Assembly (NCBI GenBank): GCA_040754655.1
Contig: JBFMCE010000001.1
Span: 9,997 to 73,996 of the forward strand
Source: Bdellovibrionota bacterium
GTDB taxonomy: Bacteria > Bdellovibrionota > UBA1018 > UBA923
Direction of reading: 5' to 3'
DNA length: 64,000 nt
In this document: positions 9,356 through 19,797 of the stretch, in pieces
Layout: each line of letters opens with the position of its first letter
Numbering within the stretch: the stretch's first letter is position 1
Made by a program: the position numbers and the translations under genes
The notes under the pieces: generated by a model
What the model was told of the DNA's origin: nothing
Database searches by the model: none
What the model saw: the letters and a program-made list of their open reading frames with translations, nothing else

Positions 9356-10147
9356 ATGGTTTCTGTAAACAATGTGCCCGTTTTTGAAGTTCGTGAGTTG
9401 CATGTCTCGGTAGAAGACAAAGAGATCTTAAAGGGCGTGTCACTCAAAATCCATAGAGGTGAAGTGCATGCCATCATGGGAAGAAACGGTTCTGGCAAGA
9501 CCACCCTAGCGTTCACCCTTATGGGGCATCCGAAATACAAGGTGACTTCAGGGCAAATCCTACTGGATGGCGAAGACATCACTAACCTCTCGACTGACGA
9601 GCGCGCCAAACGCAGGCTCTTTCTCGCGTTCCAGTATCCCGTGGGCATTCCGGGCGTGACCGTCGCGAACTTCTTGCGTTCAAGCATAAGAGCGGTGCGA
9701 GGAGCCGAAATCCCTTCGAAGGATCTCAGGAAGACTATCCAGCAAGAAATGAAGGCGCTTCATATCCCAGACAGTTTTATGACCCGTTATTTGAATGAAG
9801 GATTCAGCGGCGGAGAGAAAAAGCGCCTTGAAACGTTGCAGATGCGTCTTTTGCAACCAAAAGTCGCCGTGCTCGACGAAACCGACTCGGGCCTCGATAT
9901 CGATGCGCTGAAAGATGTTTCTGGCAGCATTGAGGATTTGCGCAGCCCTGAGCGGGGCATTGTTCTGATCACGCATTACCAACGCATGCTCGATTACATC
10001 AAGCCGGATTGCGTTCATGTTTTCCTTGATGGCCGCATCGTTCGAAGCGGGTCGGCAGAGCTTGCGAAGGCTCTTGAAGAGAAGGGTTATGATTGGGTCA
10101 TCAATGAAGAGAAAGACAAACCAAGTCTGCGTTCGGCGGTTTCTTGA
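9356..10147 (+). CDS. sufC: Fe-S cluster assembly ATPase SufC
   Basis: Walker A motif [10 protein letters not shown], an ABC signature, and an overall SufC-like sequence. Confidence 0.9.
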   Translation: MVSVNNVPVFEVRELHVSVEDKEILKGVSLKIHRGEVHAIMGRNGSGKTTLAFTLMGHPKYKVTSGQILLDGEDITNLSTDERAKRRLFLAFQYPVGIPGVTVANFLRSSIRAVRGAEIPSKDLRKTIQQEMKALHIPDSFMTRYLNEGFSGGEKKRLETLQMRLLQPKVAVLDETDSGLDIDALKDVSGSIEDLRSPERGIVLITHYQRMLDYIKPDCVHVFLDGRIVRSGSAELAKALEEKGYDWVINEEKDKPSLRSAVS

Positions 10148-10157
10148 GAGGTGAGAT

Positions 10158-11426
10158 GTGGCTTCTTTGTCAGCAGCAATGAATTCGATCGCAAGTATCA
10201 GGGCTGAGTCCGAGGATGAGCTCATGCGTCTGAGTTTGCCCACGCGCAAAGACGAGGATTACAGGTACTTGCCGCTCAAGGGTTTTGATGTTCATAGAAA
10301 AACATTGGTTGCTCAAGGCGAACCCAAGCCAATTCCCGCCGAATATTCATTCCTGGGCAAAGAAGAAATCGGAGTCTTGGCTTATCGTTCCAGCTCTGAC
10401 TTGATTGATCGTCGCCTCGCTTCTAACAGTGCGCTCGAGGGCGTGGTTTTTGAAGATTTGAAGACGGCGGCTGAGTCCCACGGCCAACTTGTTAAGGCTC
10501 ACCTCGGAAATCCTGCGATTTTTTCTAATGATCTTTTTGCCAGACTTGCCACCGCCAGATGGCAGAACGGGATTGTCCTGTACGTTCCAAAAGGCGTAAG
10601 GCTTGAACTTCCCGTTCGAGGGTTGCACTGGTTTGATGCTGAATCGCAGGCATTTTATCACCGTACCTTGGTGATCGCGTCTGAAGGTAGCGAAGTGACT
10701 TATGTCGATGAATTCACGGGATCGGCCTTTGCCGAAGGGCAGTCTTCTGGTTTGGCAGTGGGGCTGGTTGAGATCGTTGCTGAAGCGAATTCAAGAGTAA
10801 CTTATGTGCAAGCCCAGAATTGGGACGAAAGCGTGGAGCATTTTTGTCGAGTTGCTTTTCATATTCATAGCCAAGCAGAGCTTAAACACGTCATGATTTC
10901 GGTGGGCGGCTCAAAAGGGCAAGTGCGTTGCGAGTCTTCTTGTTTGGGTCGCGGCGCGCAAGCACGATTCATCGCCGCTACTCGGGCCTCAAGTGACCAA
11001 AACTTCAACTTCTGGGTCGTTGACAGGCATTTGGCTGCAGAGACGACAAGTATGCTTGATTACTGGACTGTGGCCGAGGATCAAGCTCAAGTGACTTTCA
11101 ATGGGAATGTCATCATCCCAAAAGAAGCCGTGCAGACCGATGCCTATCAGAAGAATCGAAATTTGGTTCTCTCTGCCGGGGCAGTCGTAAACACATTGCC
11201 AAAGCTTGAGATCGCGACCGATCAAGTGAAGTGTTCTCACGGCGCTGTTGTGAGCTCGGTCAGCCAAGATCAGCTCTATTATTTGCAGAGCAGGGGGCTT
11301 TCACGTGAGCAGGCGCAAGCCATGATCGTGGATGGTTTTACGCAGCCGGTATTGCAAGAGCTTCCCACGGAAGAGCTGCGAGTCAAGTTCGGGGCGTTAT
11401 TGGCTCGGGGAGGAGAAAGTTTGTGA
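10158..11426 (+). CDS. sufD: Fe-S cluster assembly protein SufD
   Basis: SufB/SufD family beta-helix region. Position follows sufC. GTG start. Confidence 0.8.
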   Translation: MASLSAAMNSIASIRAESEDELMRLSLPTRKDEDYRYLPLKGFDVHRKTLVAQGEPKPIPAEYSFLGKEEIGVLAYRSSSDLIDRRLASNSALEGVVFEDLKTAAESHGQLVKAHLGNPAIFSNDLFARLATARWQNGIVLYVPKGVRLELPVRGLHWFDAESQAFYHRTLVIASEGSEVTYVDEFTGSAFAEGQSSGLAVGLVEIVAEANSRVTYVQAQNWDESVEHFCRVAFHIHSQAELKHVMISVGGSKGQVRCESSCLGRGAQARFIAATRASSDQNFNFWVVDRHLAAETTSMLDYWTVAEDQAQVTFNGNVIIPKEAVQTDAYQKNRNLVLSAGAVVNTLPKLEIATDQVKCSHGAVVSSVSQDQLYYLQSRGLSREQAQAMIVDGFTQPVLQELPTEELRVKFGALLARGGESL

Positions 11427-12658
11427 GTATGAGGCGGTTTGACGTCGAAAAGGTGCGGGCTGACTTTCCGGCGCTCTCAGAAAGAGTGCATGGAAAGCCT
11501 TTAGTGTACCTTGACAATGGAGCCACCTCCCAACGTCCTGTTCAGGTGTTGAAGGCCATGGAAGAGTTCTACACCAAGTTCAACGCGAACGTGCATCGCG
11601 GCATTTATCAGTTCAGCGAAGCCGCCACTACGGCCTACGAGTCTGTGCGAAGCAAGGTCGCTGGATTTTTAGGCGTGCAGAAACCTCATGAGATCATCTT
11701 CACTCGTGGCACCACTGAGGCGATAAACCTCGTGGCTTGGTCATGGGGGCGCAAGTTCATCAAGCCGGGCGATGACATTATTTTGACTCGCATGGAACAC
11801 CATTCGAATTTCGTGCCTTGGCAGGCTTTGGCGCGCGAGTTGGGAGCGAACCTAAGCATCGTGGAACTCGATGAGGATTATCGCATCGACATCAAGTCCT
11901 TCAAAAATGCGCTCTCAGGTAGACCGAAACTGTTGGCCGTTACTCAGATGAGTAACGTCTTGGGCACTGTGAACCCGATTCATGAGCTTGCGGTAATGGC
12001 TAAGAATGCCGGGGCAAAGGTATTGGTCGACGGAGCCCAGGGAGTGGTTCATCTTCCGACCCAAATCGATCCGAATGGGCCTATCGATTTTTACGTGTTT
12101 TCAGCACATAAAATGTGTGGTCCGACAGGAGTCGGGGTTCTTTGGGGAAAAGAAGAAGTTTTAAATGAAATGCCTCCCTTTCAGTACGGAGGCTCGATGA
12201 TCTTGCGCGTGGGTGATGATTGCACCACGTGGAATGAGCTCCCCTGGAAGTTTGAGGCAGGAACTCCGAATATTGCTGGTGTGATTGGTTTTGGAGCCGC
12301 AATTGATTATCTGCAGTCGATCGGGATGCACAGCATTGCGCTCTACGAATCAGAACTGACCGCTTATGCCCTAGAAAAAATTTCTGAAGTGCAAGGCTTG
12401 AAGCTTTTCGGCCCTCATGACCCTAATCATAGAGGCGCGGTTTTTAGTTTTACGCTTGAAGGCGTTCATCCTCACGACATCGCTACACTCCTTGATCAAG
12501 AAGGCGTAGCTGTTCGTGCGGGTCACCATTGCGCGCAACCTCTTTTGGCGAAGTCGGGAATCAGCGCTACAACGCGAGCAAGCCTGTATTTCTACAATAC
12601 CCGTCAAGAGATCGATGTGCTGGTTCGGTCGCTTGAGAAGGCGAAGAGGTTTTTTTGA
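11423..12658 (+). CDS. sufS: cysteine desulfurase SufS (class V aminotransferase)
   Basis: PLP-dependent fold with SAHKMCGPTGVGVLWG and HHCAQPL, characteristic of SufS/CsdA. Start overlaps the sufD stop. Confidence 0.85.
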   Translation: MSMRRFDVEKVRADFPALSERVHGKPLVYLDNGATSQRPVQVLKAMEEFYTKFNANVHRGIYQFSEAATTAYESVRSKVAGFLGVQKPHEIIFTRGTTEAINLVAWSWGRKFIKPGDDIILTRMEHHSNFVPWQALARELGANLSIVELDEDYRIDIKSFKNALSGRPKLLAVTQMSNVLGTVNPIHELAVMAKNAGAKVLVDGAQGVVHLPTQIDPNGPIDFYVFSAHKMCGPTGVGVLWGKEEVLNEMPPFQYGGSMILRVGDDCTTWNELPWKFEAGTPNIAGVIGFGAAIDYLQSIGMHSIALYESELTAYALEKISEVQGLKLFGPHDPNHRGAVFSFTLEGVHPHDIATLLDQEGVAVRAGHHCAQPLLAKSGISATTRASLYFYNTRQEIDVLVRSLEKAKRFF

Positions 12659-12665
12659 GGAAAAT

Positions 12666-13148
12666 ATGAGCGAAAACAATTCTTCCGAAACACTGAGCCA
12701 GCTTTATCAAGAAGTGATCAGGGAGCATCATAAAGACCCTCGGCACTACGGTACCCTTAGCTCACCCGATGCTCATGCCGAGGGATACAATCCTCTTTGC
12801 GGGGATAAAGTGATCGTTGAACTTAAACTCAGCAAGCAGGCTCCTTCGGTTCTTGAAGATATTTGCTTCAGAGGCGAAGGCTGCTCGATTTGCATGGCAA
12901 GCGCCAGCATGATGGCTGAGGAAGTGCAAGGAAAGAACTTGGAAGAAGCGGAGAAGGCGATCGCTGATTTTCGCGGCCTCATGCAGGGGACACTCAACCC
13001 AGAGGTTATCGAAGGTGATATCAGGGCATTGGCTGGTGTTCGCCGCTTTCCTGTCCGCATCAAATGCGCGCTCTTGCCGTGGATGACCCTTAAGAACGCC
13101 GTTGAAGGCAGGGCGGGCGTTCCGGCGAATACTGAGAAGGGAGAATGA
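12666..13148 (+). CDS. sufU: SufU/NifU-like Fe-S cluster scaffold (sulfur acceptor)
   Basis: Motifs NPLCGDKV and the conserved Cys residues (GEGCSICMAS...IKCALLPW). The overlapping ORF that begins at 12516 is rejected in favour of the ATG at 12666. Confidence 0.75.
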   Translation: MSENNSSETLSQLYQEVIREHHKDPRHYGTLSSPDAHAEGYNPLCGDKVIVELKLSKQAPSVLEDICFRGEGCSICMASASMMAEEVQGKNLEEAEKAIADFRGLMQGTLNPEVIEGDIRALAGVRRFPVRIKCALLPWMTLKNAVEGRAGVPANTEKGE

Positions 13149-13543
13149 TTATGGAAGCGAATCAAAATTCAACACTGTCAGCGATGTCATCTCAAGGCAA
13201 CCCGACGGGTGCGCCGCTAGGCGATTCTCCTTTCACGAAGCTCACTGATGAGGCGCTTAAAGAATGGTTGCGGCCGGTGCAAGATCCTGAACTGTTTTTA
13301 TCGATAGTGGATCTCGGGCTCATCTATAATTGCGAAAATACCGAATCGGGCAAAGTGGAAGTCAAGATGACGTTGACAAGTCCTGGGTGCCCGGCCGGCG
13401 GCTATATGGTCGATCAAGTGCAAAAAAAATTGATGGAGCATCCTGAAGTTCAGGAAGTGAAGGTCGATATCGTTTGGGAGCCGAAATGGGATCCAAAGAC
13501 GATGGCGTCGGATGAAGTCAAAGAGAGGTTGGGAATATGGTAG
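13145..13543 (+). CDS. sufT: DUF59/MIP18-family Fe-S assembly protein (SufT-like)
   Basis: [18 protein letters not shown]...TLTSPGCP is the DUF59 signature. ATGA overlap with sufU. Confidence 0.7.
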   Translation: MIMEANQNSTLSAMSSQGNPTGAPLGDSPFTKLTDEALKEWLRPVQDPELFLSIVDLGLIYNCENTESGKVEVKMTLTSPGCPAGGYMVDQVQKKLMEHPEVQEVKVDIVWEPKWDPKTMASDEVKERLGIW

Positions 13544-14979
13544 CATCACGCCCTGATTTGGCGGCAAAAGATTACGAAAAATACGGTTTTGTCACAGATG
13601 TTGAACACGAGACGATCCCCGCTGGCCTTGACGAAGACACCATTCGGTTGATCTCGAAGAAAAAAAATGAACCCGAATGGATGCTCGAATGGCGACTTAA
13701 GGCCTACCGTCATTGGCAGAAGATGGAAGAGCCGACGTGGGCGCGCGTGCAGTATCCCAAAATTGATTACCAAGCGATTGCGTATTATTCAGCGCCGAAA
13801 TCGAAAAAAGATGGGCCGAAAAGCTTGGATGAAGTGGATCCAAAGCTGCTTGAAACGTATGAGAAGCTTGGCATACCTCTGCACGAACGTGAAAGGCTCG
13901 CCGGTGTCGCGGTAGACGCAGTGTTTGACAGCGTGTCTGTAGTGACGACTCACCGTGAGAGCTTGAAGAAGCTGGGAATCGTATTTTGTTCGATTTCAGA
14001 GGCTATGCAAGAACACCCGGATTTGGTTCGGAAGTACTTGGGTTCTGTCGTTCCCTATACCGATAATTTCTTTGCGACGCTGAACTCAGCGGTCTTTAGC
14101 GATGGCTCGTTCGTCTATGTTCCTAAAGGCGTGAAATGCCCTATGGATCTTTCGACTTATTTCCGCATCAACGCCTCAGGCACGGGGCAGTTTGAACGCA
14201 CCTTGATCATCGCCGATGAAGGGGCTGAGGTGAGTTACATGGAGGGCTGCACCGCTCCGATTAGGGACGAGAACCAACTGCATGCGGCGGTCGTTGAGTT
14301 GGTTGCCCTTAAGAATGCCACCATCAAATACACGACGGTCCAAAATTGGTACTCGGGCGATGAAAGCGGCAAAGGCGGGATCTACAACTTTGTCACCAAA
14401 CGTGGGGCGTGCCGCGGGGAGAACTCTAAGATTTCTTGGACTCAAGTTGAGACGGGTTCCGCGATCACCTGGAAGTATCCCAGCGTCTTGCTTCAAGGCG
14501 ACAATTCGGTGGGAGAGTTCTTTTCGGTGGCTATCACAAATTATCAGATGCAAGCCGATACCGGGACGAAGATGATCCACATAGGCAAGAACACGCGTAG
14601 CCGGATTGTTTCGAAGGGAATCTCGACTCATAAGAGCCAAAATTCGTATCGAGGTTCCGTTGTGGTGATGCCGCGCGCGGAAAACGCGAGAAATCATACC
14701 CAGTGCGACTCCCTCTTGATTGGCGGTGAATGTCATGCGAATACATTCCCTGTCATCGAGGTGAAGAACAATACCGCGGTCGTTGAACACGAGGCTACCG
14801 CCTCGAGGGTGAATGAAGATCAGATCTTTTATTTGCTCTCTCGCGGAATCCCGGCGGAAGACGCCGTGAAGCTGATCATCAACGGGTATTGCGAAGAAGT
14901 TTTCAAGCAACTTCCTTTCGAGTTTGCCATTGAAGCGAACCGACTCCTCGAACTCAAACTTGAGGGAGCGGTAGGATAA
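13537..14979 (+). CDS. sufB: Fe-S cluster assembly protein SufB
   Basis: SufB-like N-terminus ([16 protein letters not shown]) and a conserved C-terminal beta-helix. 480 aa. Confidence 0.9.
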   Translation: MVASRPDLAAKDYEKYGFVTDVEHETIPAGLDEDTIRLISKKKNEPEWMLEWRLKAYRHWQKMEEPTWARVQYPKIDYQAIAYYSAPKSKKDGPKSLDEVDPKLLETYEKLGIPLHERERLAGVAVDAVFDSVSVVTTHRESLKKLGIVFCSISEAMQEHPDLVRKYLGSVVPYTDNFFATLNSAVFSDGSFVYVPKGVKCPMDLSTYFRINASGTGQFERTLIIADEGAEVSYMEGCTAPIRDENQLHAAVVELVALKNATIKYTTVQNWYSGDESGKGGIYNFVTKRGACRGENSKISWTQVETGSAITWKYPSVLLQGDNSVGEFFSVAITNYQMQADTGTKMIHIGKNTRSRIVSKGISTHKSQNSYRGSVVVMPRAENARNHTQCDSLLIGGECHANTFPVIEVKNNTAVVEHEATASRVNEDQIFYLLSRGIPAEDAVKLIINGYCEEVFKQLPFEFAIEANRLLELKLEGAVG

Positions 14980-15783
14980 TTGCCCAAACAAAAATTGAAT
15001 AAGTATTTCCTTTATGAAAACTCGGTGCAGAGCCCTGATCAAGATGTGGCTTGGTTCGCCTCGGCCTATAGGGATCTGTTTAAAAAAGAGCCGCATGCTT
15101 TGCGAGAAGACTTCTGCGGAACCTTCGCGATGTCGTGCGAATGGGTCAAGGCGCATCCGAAAAATACGGCATTGTCTCTTGATCTTGATCCAGAGCCGCT
15201 GCGCTACGGCAAAGAGCACCATTTCGAGCGCCTCAAGCCTTTCGAGAAAAAGCGCGTCGTGGTGTTGCGCAAGAACGTGATTTCAGTCACGAGCCCGAAA
15301 GTGGACATGGTCATCGCCGGAAATTTTTCCTTCTTCATTTTCAAGAAACGCCAAGAGCTCGTTGAATACTTACGCTGTTGCCTGCGCTCTTTGAAACCAA
15401 AGGGGATGGTTGCTTTGGAAATGGCCGGCGGCCCCGGTTTCGTGCATAAATCGAGAGAGCAGAAAACCATAAAACTCAATGGCGGCGTGAAGTACACCTA
15501 TGTCTGGGATCAAAGGAAATTCAACCCCATCACGGCTGAGGGGCTTTACGCGATACACTTTAGATTCCCTGATGGTCGATTGATGCAGAATGTTTTCACT
15601 TACGACTGGCGGGTTTGGACCGTCGCTGAGGTTAGGGAAGCCATGGTTGAAGCAGGTTTCAAAGAAACTCACACCTATTGGGAGAGCAATTACGAGCATA
15701 AAGTAACTGGCGGCTATTTGCGCACAGAAAAAGGAACCAATGATTGGTCGTGGCTTGCTTACGTCGTCGGAGTGAAGAAGTGA
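14980..15783 (+). CDS. class I SAM-dependent methyltransferase (putative); TTG start immediately after the sufB stop
   Basis: Motif I-like EDFCGTFAM, an acidic LDLD after beta-2, and motif II VDMVIAG. Confidence 0.45.
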   Translation: MPKQKLNKYFLYENSVQSPDQDVAWFASAYRDLFKKEPHALREDFCGTFAMSCEWVKAHPKNTALSLDLDPEPLRYGKEHHFERLKPFEKKRVVVLRKNVISVTSPKVDMVIAGNFSFFIFKKRQELVEYLRCCLRSLKPKGMVALEMAGGPGFVHKSREQKTIKLNGGVKYTYVWDQRKFNPITAEGLYAIHFRFPDGRLMQNVFTYDWRVWTVAEVREAMVEAGFKETHTYWESNYEHKVTGGYLRTEKGTNDWSWLAYVVGVKK

Positions 15784-16685
15784 GTCGCATTGGCATTGAT
15801 CTTGGCGGAACGAAGATTGAGATCATCGTGCTGGGACAAAACAAAGACACCTTGCTTCGCCGCAGGGTGGCCACTCCTTCGGGTGACTACGCCGCGACGT
15901 TGCATGCGATCGCTGATCTTGTGAAAAACGCTGAGCGCGAGATCAAATTGCCGCGGCTGCCTATCGGAGTCTCGATGCCTGGCGCGATCTCGCGCGCAAG
16001 CGGTCTTGTGAAGAATTCAAATTCAACTTGTTTGATTGGAAAACCATTTCAAAAAGATCTGGAAGGCCTGCTAGAGCGCCCAGTGCGTCTTGAGAATGAT
16101 GCCAATTGTTTCGTTCTTTCTGAGAGCATTGACGGAGCGGCTAGCGAGGCGCGGCTCGTTTTTGGCGTTATTTTAGGTACCGGAGTGGGGGGCGGAATCG
16201 TAGTTGATCGCAAAGTGGTGGTCGGACCGAATGCGATTACGGGCGAATGGGGTCACAACTCGCTTCCTTGGATGAGTGGCGGTGAACATCCGGGGCCTGA
16301 TTGCTATTGTGGAAAGAATGGTTGCATCGAAACGTTTCTCTCGGGTCCGGCTCTTGCCCGTGATTTTAAAAACAAATCAGGGCGAGAGGCTTTTCCGGAA
16401 AATCTTGAAGTTTTGACGCGAGACGGGGATCGTGATGCAGAGTGCGTTCTTGAGATTTACGAAGACCGCTTAGCGCGCGCTCTTTCTGGCGTCATTAATA
16501 TTCTTGATCCTGAGGTGATTGTTTTGGGCGGCGGCGTTTCAAACTTGGAACGGCTTTATGCGAATGTTCCCAAGCTCTGGGCAAAATATGTTTTTTCTGA
16601 TCGAGTTGATACGGTTTTGAGGAAAGCAAAGTATGGCGATTCTAGTGGAGTACGGGGGGCGGCATGGCTTTGGCCTGAGTCTTAA
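15780..16685 (+). CDS. ROK family sugar kinase (fructokinase/N-acetylglucosamine kinase-like)
   Basis: RIGIDLGGTKIE ATP-binding N-terminus and the ROK zinc motif CYCGKNGCIE. GTG start overlaps the upstream stop as GTGA. Confidence 0.8.
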   Translation: MSRIGIDLGGTKIEIIVLGQNKDTLLRRRVATPSGDYAATLHAIADLVKNAEREIKLPRLPIGVSMPGAISRASGLVKNSNSTCLIGKPFQKDLEGLLERPVRLENDANCFVLSESIDGAASEARLVFGVILGTGVGGGIVVDRKVVVGPNAITGEWGHNSLPWMSGGEHPGPDCYCGKNGCIETFLSGPALARDFKNKSGREAFPENLEVLTRDGDRDAECVLEIYEDRLARALSGVINILDPEVIVLGGGVSNLERLYANVPKLWAKYVFSDRVDTVLRKAKYGDSSGVRGAAWLWPES

Positions 16686-16812
16686 GTCAAAGAATGCAGC
16701 CTATGGGTATTTCCTCCTCATCTTGGGCTAGGAAATCGGTCGAATCTGCTGGACAAAAGTAGTGCCCAGACGCCAAAATTTTAGATAAGATTTTCATACG
16801 AGGTTTTCTTAG

Positions 16813-17283
16813 ATGGCAGATCAGCGCAATGGATGGGTCCTCATTGTTGAAGATGAAAAGGAGTTTGCCGAAACCCTGGCGCAGCGTTTGGGCCGCGAAG
16901 GTTTTCGCGTCCAGACAACTTCAAAGGTTTCAGAGGCTTCGACCAAGATCAAGAATCAAAGATTCGCCTGTATTTTGCTCGATATCAAACTAGAGCAAGG
17001 ATCAGGCGATCAAGTGGTTGCGATCGCGCGAATGAATAAGACAGGCTTCAATTACAAGACCCCCATTTTAATCATGAGCGGCGCTCTCGGGAAAGATACG
17101 TTGAGCAAGATAGCAAAAGAGATCGCCGGGGTTTTGATCAAGCCGTTTGAGCAAGAGGCGCTTGTGACGAAGATGAAGCAAGTCATCAAGGCGGCAGAAG
17201 AAGCCGCCGTGGCAGAGGCCGTCGCCCAGGAAAAAGCGCTGCGCGAAGCGGCCGAAAAAGAGACAAACAAGTCGGATTTCTGA
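16813..17283 (+). CDS. single-domain response regulator (CheY-like receiver) with an Ala/Glu-rich tail
   Basis: LIVEDE acidic pocket, the phospho-acceptor D in ILLDIKL, S in IMSGA, and K in IKPF. Confidence 0.75.
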   Translation: MADQRNGWVLIVEDEKEFAETLAQRLGREGFRVQTTSKVSEASTKIKNQRFACILLDIKLEQGSGDQVVAIARMNKTGFNYKTPILIMSGALGKDTLSKIAKEIAGVLIKPFEQEALVTKMKQVIKAAEEAAVAEAVAQEKALREAAEKETNKSDF

Positions 17284-17419
17284 TTTTCTCCCGTGTAACC
17301 GCTCAAATCTAAATAAATACAATTTGTTACATCGAGTGATGTTTTCGCTAAAGATCGGGGCAGATTCTGCCGATAAGTGGATAGAGTAACGGTTCCATTT
17401 ATTCTTATCGGGGGATCTC

Positions 17420-18730
17420 ATGGCGAAGAACTCAAGCCAAGCAAAACGTCTCGCTCTTGTTCAAGATTCGAATCACCATCTTGTGAAACAACAGGCTCAC
17501 GAAAATCCGCTCTTGAACCTGAATTACCAGTTTGACCTGGCCGCCGAGATCCTCAATCTCGAGAGAGACATGCGTTCTTTGCTCAAAGAACCTTATCGTG
17601 AACTGCATGTTCAGGTGCCCGTGAAAATGGACAATGGACGCCTTCAAATTTTCCATGGATACCGCATCCAACACAATGCCGTCAGGGGGCCTTACAAGGG
17701 TGGCATTCGATACCACCAAGACGTCGATCGCGACGAAGTACTTGCTTTAGCCACTCTGATGTCATGGAAAACAGCGATTGTTGATATTCCCTTCGGTGGC
17801 GCCAAGGGCGGCGTGGCAGTCGATCCTATGAAGCTCTCGGCCCGAGAGCTTCAAACATTGACGCGAGGCTTTACTTCGAAAATTGATCTGATCATCGGCC
17901 CGCATCGCGATATTCCGGCTCCTGACGTGAACACTGATGAGCGCACGATGGCTTGGATGATGGATGAATACGGCAAAAAACACGGCTACACTCCTGCGAT
18001 CGTCACAGGAAAACCGATCGCTCTGGGTGGAAGCGTGGGTCGAAAGGAAGCCACGGGTCGTGGTGTTGTTTACTCAATCGTCGAGGCCTGCAAGGCTTAC
18101 GGCATTGATATCAGGAAATCGACCGCTGTGATCCAAGGCTTTGGAAACGTCGGGAGCTTCACAGCCAAATTCTTGCACGAGTTGGGTTGCAAAGTGATTG
18201 GCGTGACTGATGTGTCTGGCGGCGTCTACGACAAGAATGGTTTGAACGTGCCGGATTTGCTTGAGCATGTCGCAAAAGAAAAGAGCCTTGCAGGCTACAA
18301 AAAGGGCGAGCCGCTCACGAACGAGAAAGTATTCGAGATCAAGTGCGATATCTTGGTGCCCGCGGCGCTGGGTGGTGTTCTTACCGGGAGTGTCGCTCAC
18401 AAAGTGAATTGCCGTTTGATCGCTGAGGCGGCAAATAACCCAACCACCAAAGAAGCCGACGAGGTTTTCAAGGAAAACGGCATTCCGGTCATTGCAGACA
18501 TTCTTTGCAACGCTGGTGGGGTGACAGTGAGTTACTTTGAGTGGGCGCAGAACCTACAGCAATACCGCTGGGATGTCGAGCAAGTGAATCGTGAGTTGCA
18601 AAAGGTCATGACTAGGGCATTTCAAGAGGTGCATGCACTGGCGAAGAAACATGACATCTCTCTTCGCACCGCTTCTTACATGCTTGCCCTTGACCGTGTG
18701 GCTCAAGCGACGCGGCTGAGAGTGTTGTAA
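17420..18730 (+). CDS. gdhA: NAD(P)-dependent glutamate dehydrogenase
   Basis: Glu/Leu/Phe/Val dehydrogenase signature KGGIRYH...IPFGGAKGG and a Rossmann motif GFGNVGS. Confidence 0.9.
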   Translation: MAKNSSQAKRLALVQDSNHHLVKQQAHENPLLNLNYQFDLAAEILNLERDMRSLLKEPYRELHVQVPVKMDNGRLQIFHGYRIQHNAVRGPYKGGIRYHQDVDRDEVLALATLMSWKTAIVDIPFGGAKGGVAVDPMKLSARELQTLTRGFTSKIDLIIGPHRDIPAPDVNTDERTMAWMMDEYGKKHGYTPAIVTGKPIALGGSVGRKEATGRGVVYSIVEACKAYGIDIRKSTAVIQGFGNVGSFTAKFLHELGCKVIGVTDVSGGVYDKNGLNVPDLLEHVAKEKSLAGYKKGEPLTNEKVFEIKCDILVPAALGGVLTGSVAHKVNCRLIAEAANNPTTKEADEVFKENGIPVIADILCNAGGVTVSYFEWAQNLQQYRWDVEQVNRELQKVMTRAFQEVHALAKKHDISLRTASYMLALDRVAQATRLRVL

Positions 18731-18752
18731 GGCTCTGAGTCCGTGCATGCAG

Positions 18753-19781
18753 CTATTTCTTGCACGCCTTTGCAAAACTGAATTTGTATTTGCGCTCAAA
18801 TGCGATCGCATAGGCAGCAAAGGAAACTACCGCTGCGTTGCCCGAGATGAAATCGGTCCATTCGGTTGAGGGTTCGCTTTTAATGTCTGCGCCGTCTTGG
18901 CGTGTATTCACTTCTTCCAAAACATTTACAGCGATACCGCCTGCGAGCGAGAGGCCCAGAGGAATCATTTCTGAGGGAATTGACTTCCTGAAACAATGAT
19001 AAACGACTCCCATAATCGGCAACAACATGTAAAAATTCGAACCATGGTCGAGCACCAGGTTTTCATACCCTTGTTTTCTTATCCAGACCGAGGTGCTCCA
19101 CGCCACCCAGCTCGCAGCATTGGCGGTTACACTTCCTCTACATCGTCTTGCGATCTTGTCGTAGAATTCTCGAGTTTTTCTCGGCGAAATTTTTCTTTCA
19201 AGAAGTTTTTTTGCTTTCTTGAAGTTAGGGTCAGCATCGAACGACTTGAAGTCGGCGCATACGAAATCGAGCAGCTTCTTTTCGTTAAAACTTCGTATTG
19301 GATGAATTGGCTCTAGTTCACCATGTTGTACAAAAAACTGATCGTGGCTGTTCTCTTTTCTGAAGATCCTCACTTTGGATTCGCTGTCTTGGTCAAAGAC
19401 ATGAACGCGTCCTCTTTGGTCGGATAAAGTGTAGAACGAAATCTCATTTGAAAGTTCAATTCGATTCAGGATACCGGTTATAATTTCGTCCTTGTTGCCT
19501 TCGCTGTAGATTATAACGACCCTAGATTTATTGTGCTCTTGCACCAAAATGGGTCGAAATGACGAGAATGACCACTCTTGCGCATCACCAAAAGGTCGCC
19601 ATTTTGGAGGCATGAATTCTGGAATAATGAAGTTGTCTGCGACTTGGCTGATTTTGCAAGCATCCCGCTCTTGCGCTGATCCTTGCGCCGTGACGAAGAA
19701 GAAAGTCGATATGCAGAGTAAGGTCAGGGCTATCCTCATCTCATTCCATTTTAGGGCGTGTAAATGAAAAGATCGATGCAC
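18753..19781 (-). CDS. hypothetical exported protein with C-terminal TM helices
   Basis: Internal Met followed by a hydrophobic signal-like segment (MRIALTLLCISTFFFVTAQG). No family recognised. Confidence 0.4.
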   Translation of the reverse strand: MHRSFHLHALKWNEMRIALTLLCISTFFFVTAQGSAQERDACKISQVADNFIIPEFMPPKWRPFGDAQEWSFSSFRPILVQEHNKSRVVIIYSEGNKDEIITGILNRIELSNEISFYTLSDQRGRVHVFDQDSESKVRIFRKENSHDQFFVQHGELEPIHPIRSFNEKKLLDFVCADFKSFDADPNFKKAKKLLERKISPRKTREFYDKIARRCRGSVTANAASWVAWSTSVWIRKQGYENLVLDHGSNFYMLLPIMGVVYHCFRKSIPSEMIPLGLSLAGGIAVNVLEEVNTRQDGADIKSEPSTEWTDFISGNAAVVSFAAYAIAFERKYKFSFAKACKK

Positions 19782-19797
19782 TGGTGATTCAAAACGA

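Noticed and set aside
12516-13148. 210-aa ORF starting inside sufS
   Set aside because: The N-terminal 50 aa overlap the sufS 3' end in another frame. The true sufU starts at the ATG at 12666, 8 nt after the sufS stop.
14176-15222. 348-aa minus-strand ORF antisense to sufB and the methyltransferase gene
   Set aside because: It is entirely antisense to two well-supported plus-strand genes and its translation is Arg-rich, so it is taken as a spurious shadow ORF. The same reasoning applies to the many 60-180 aa antisense ORFs inside metH, the CPA2 gene, the kynurenine genes and others.
18743-18768. Hairpin CGTGCA-N11-TGCACG between the convergent gdhA and 18753 genes
   Set aside because: It could be a bidirectional terminator, but it overlaps the end of the minus-strand CDS and lacks a T-run, so the call is left unmade.
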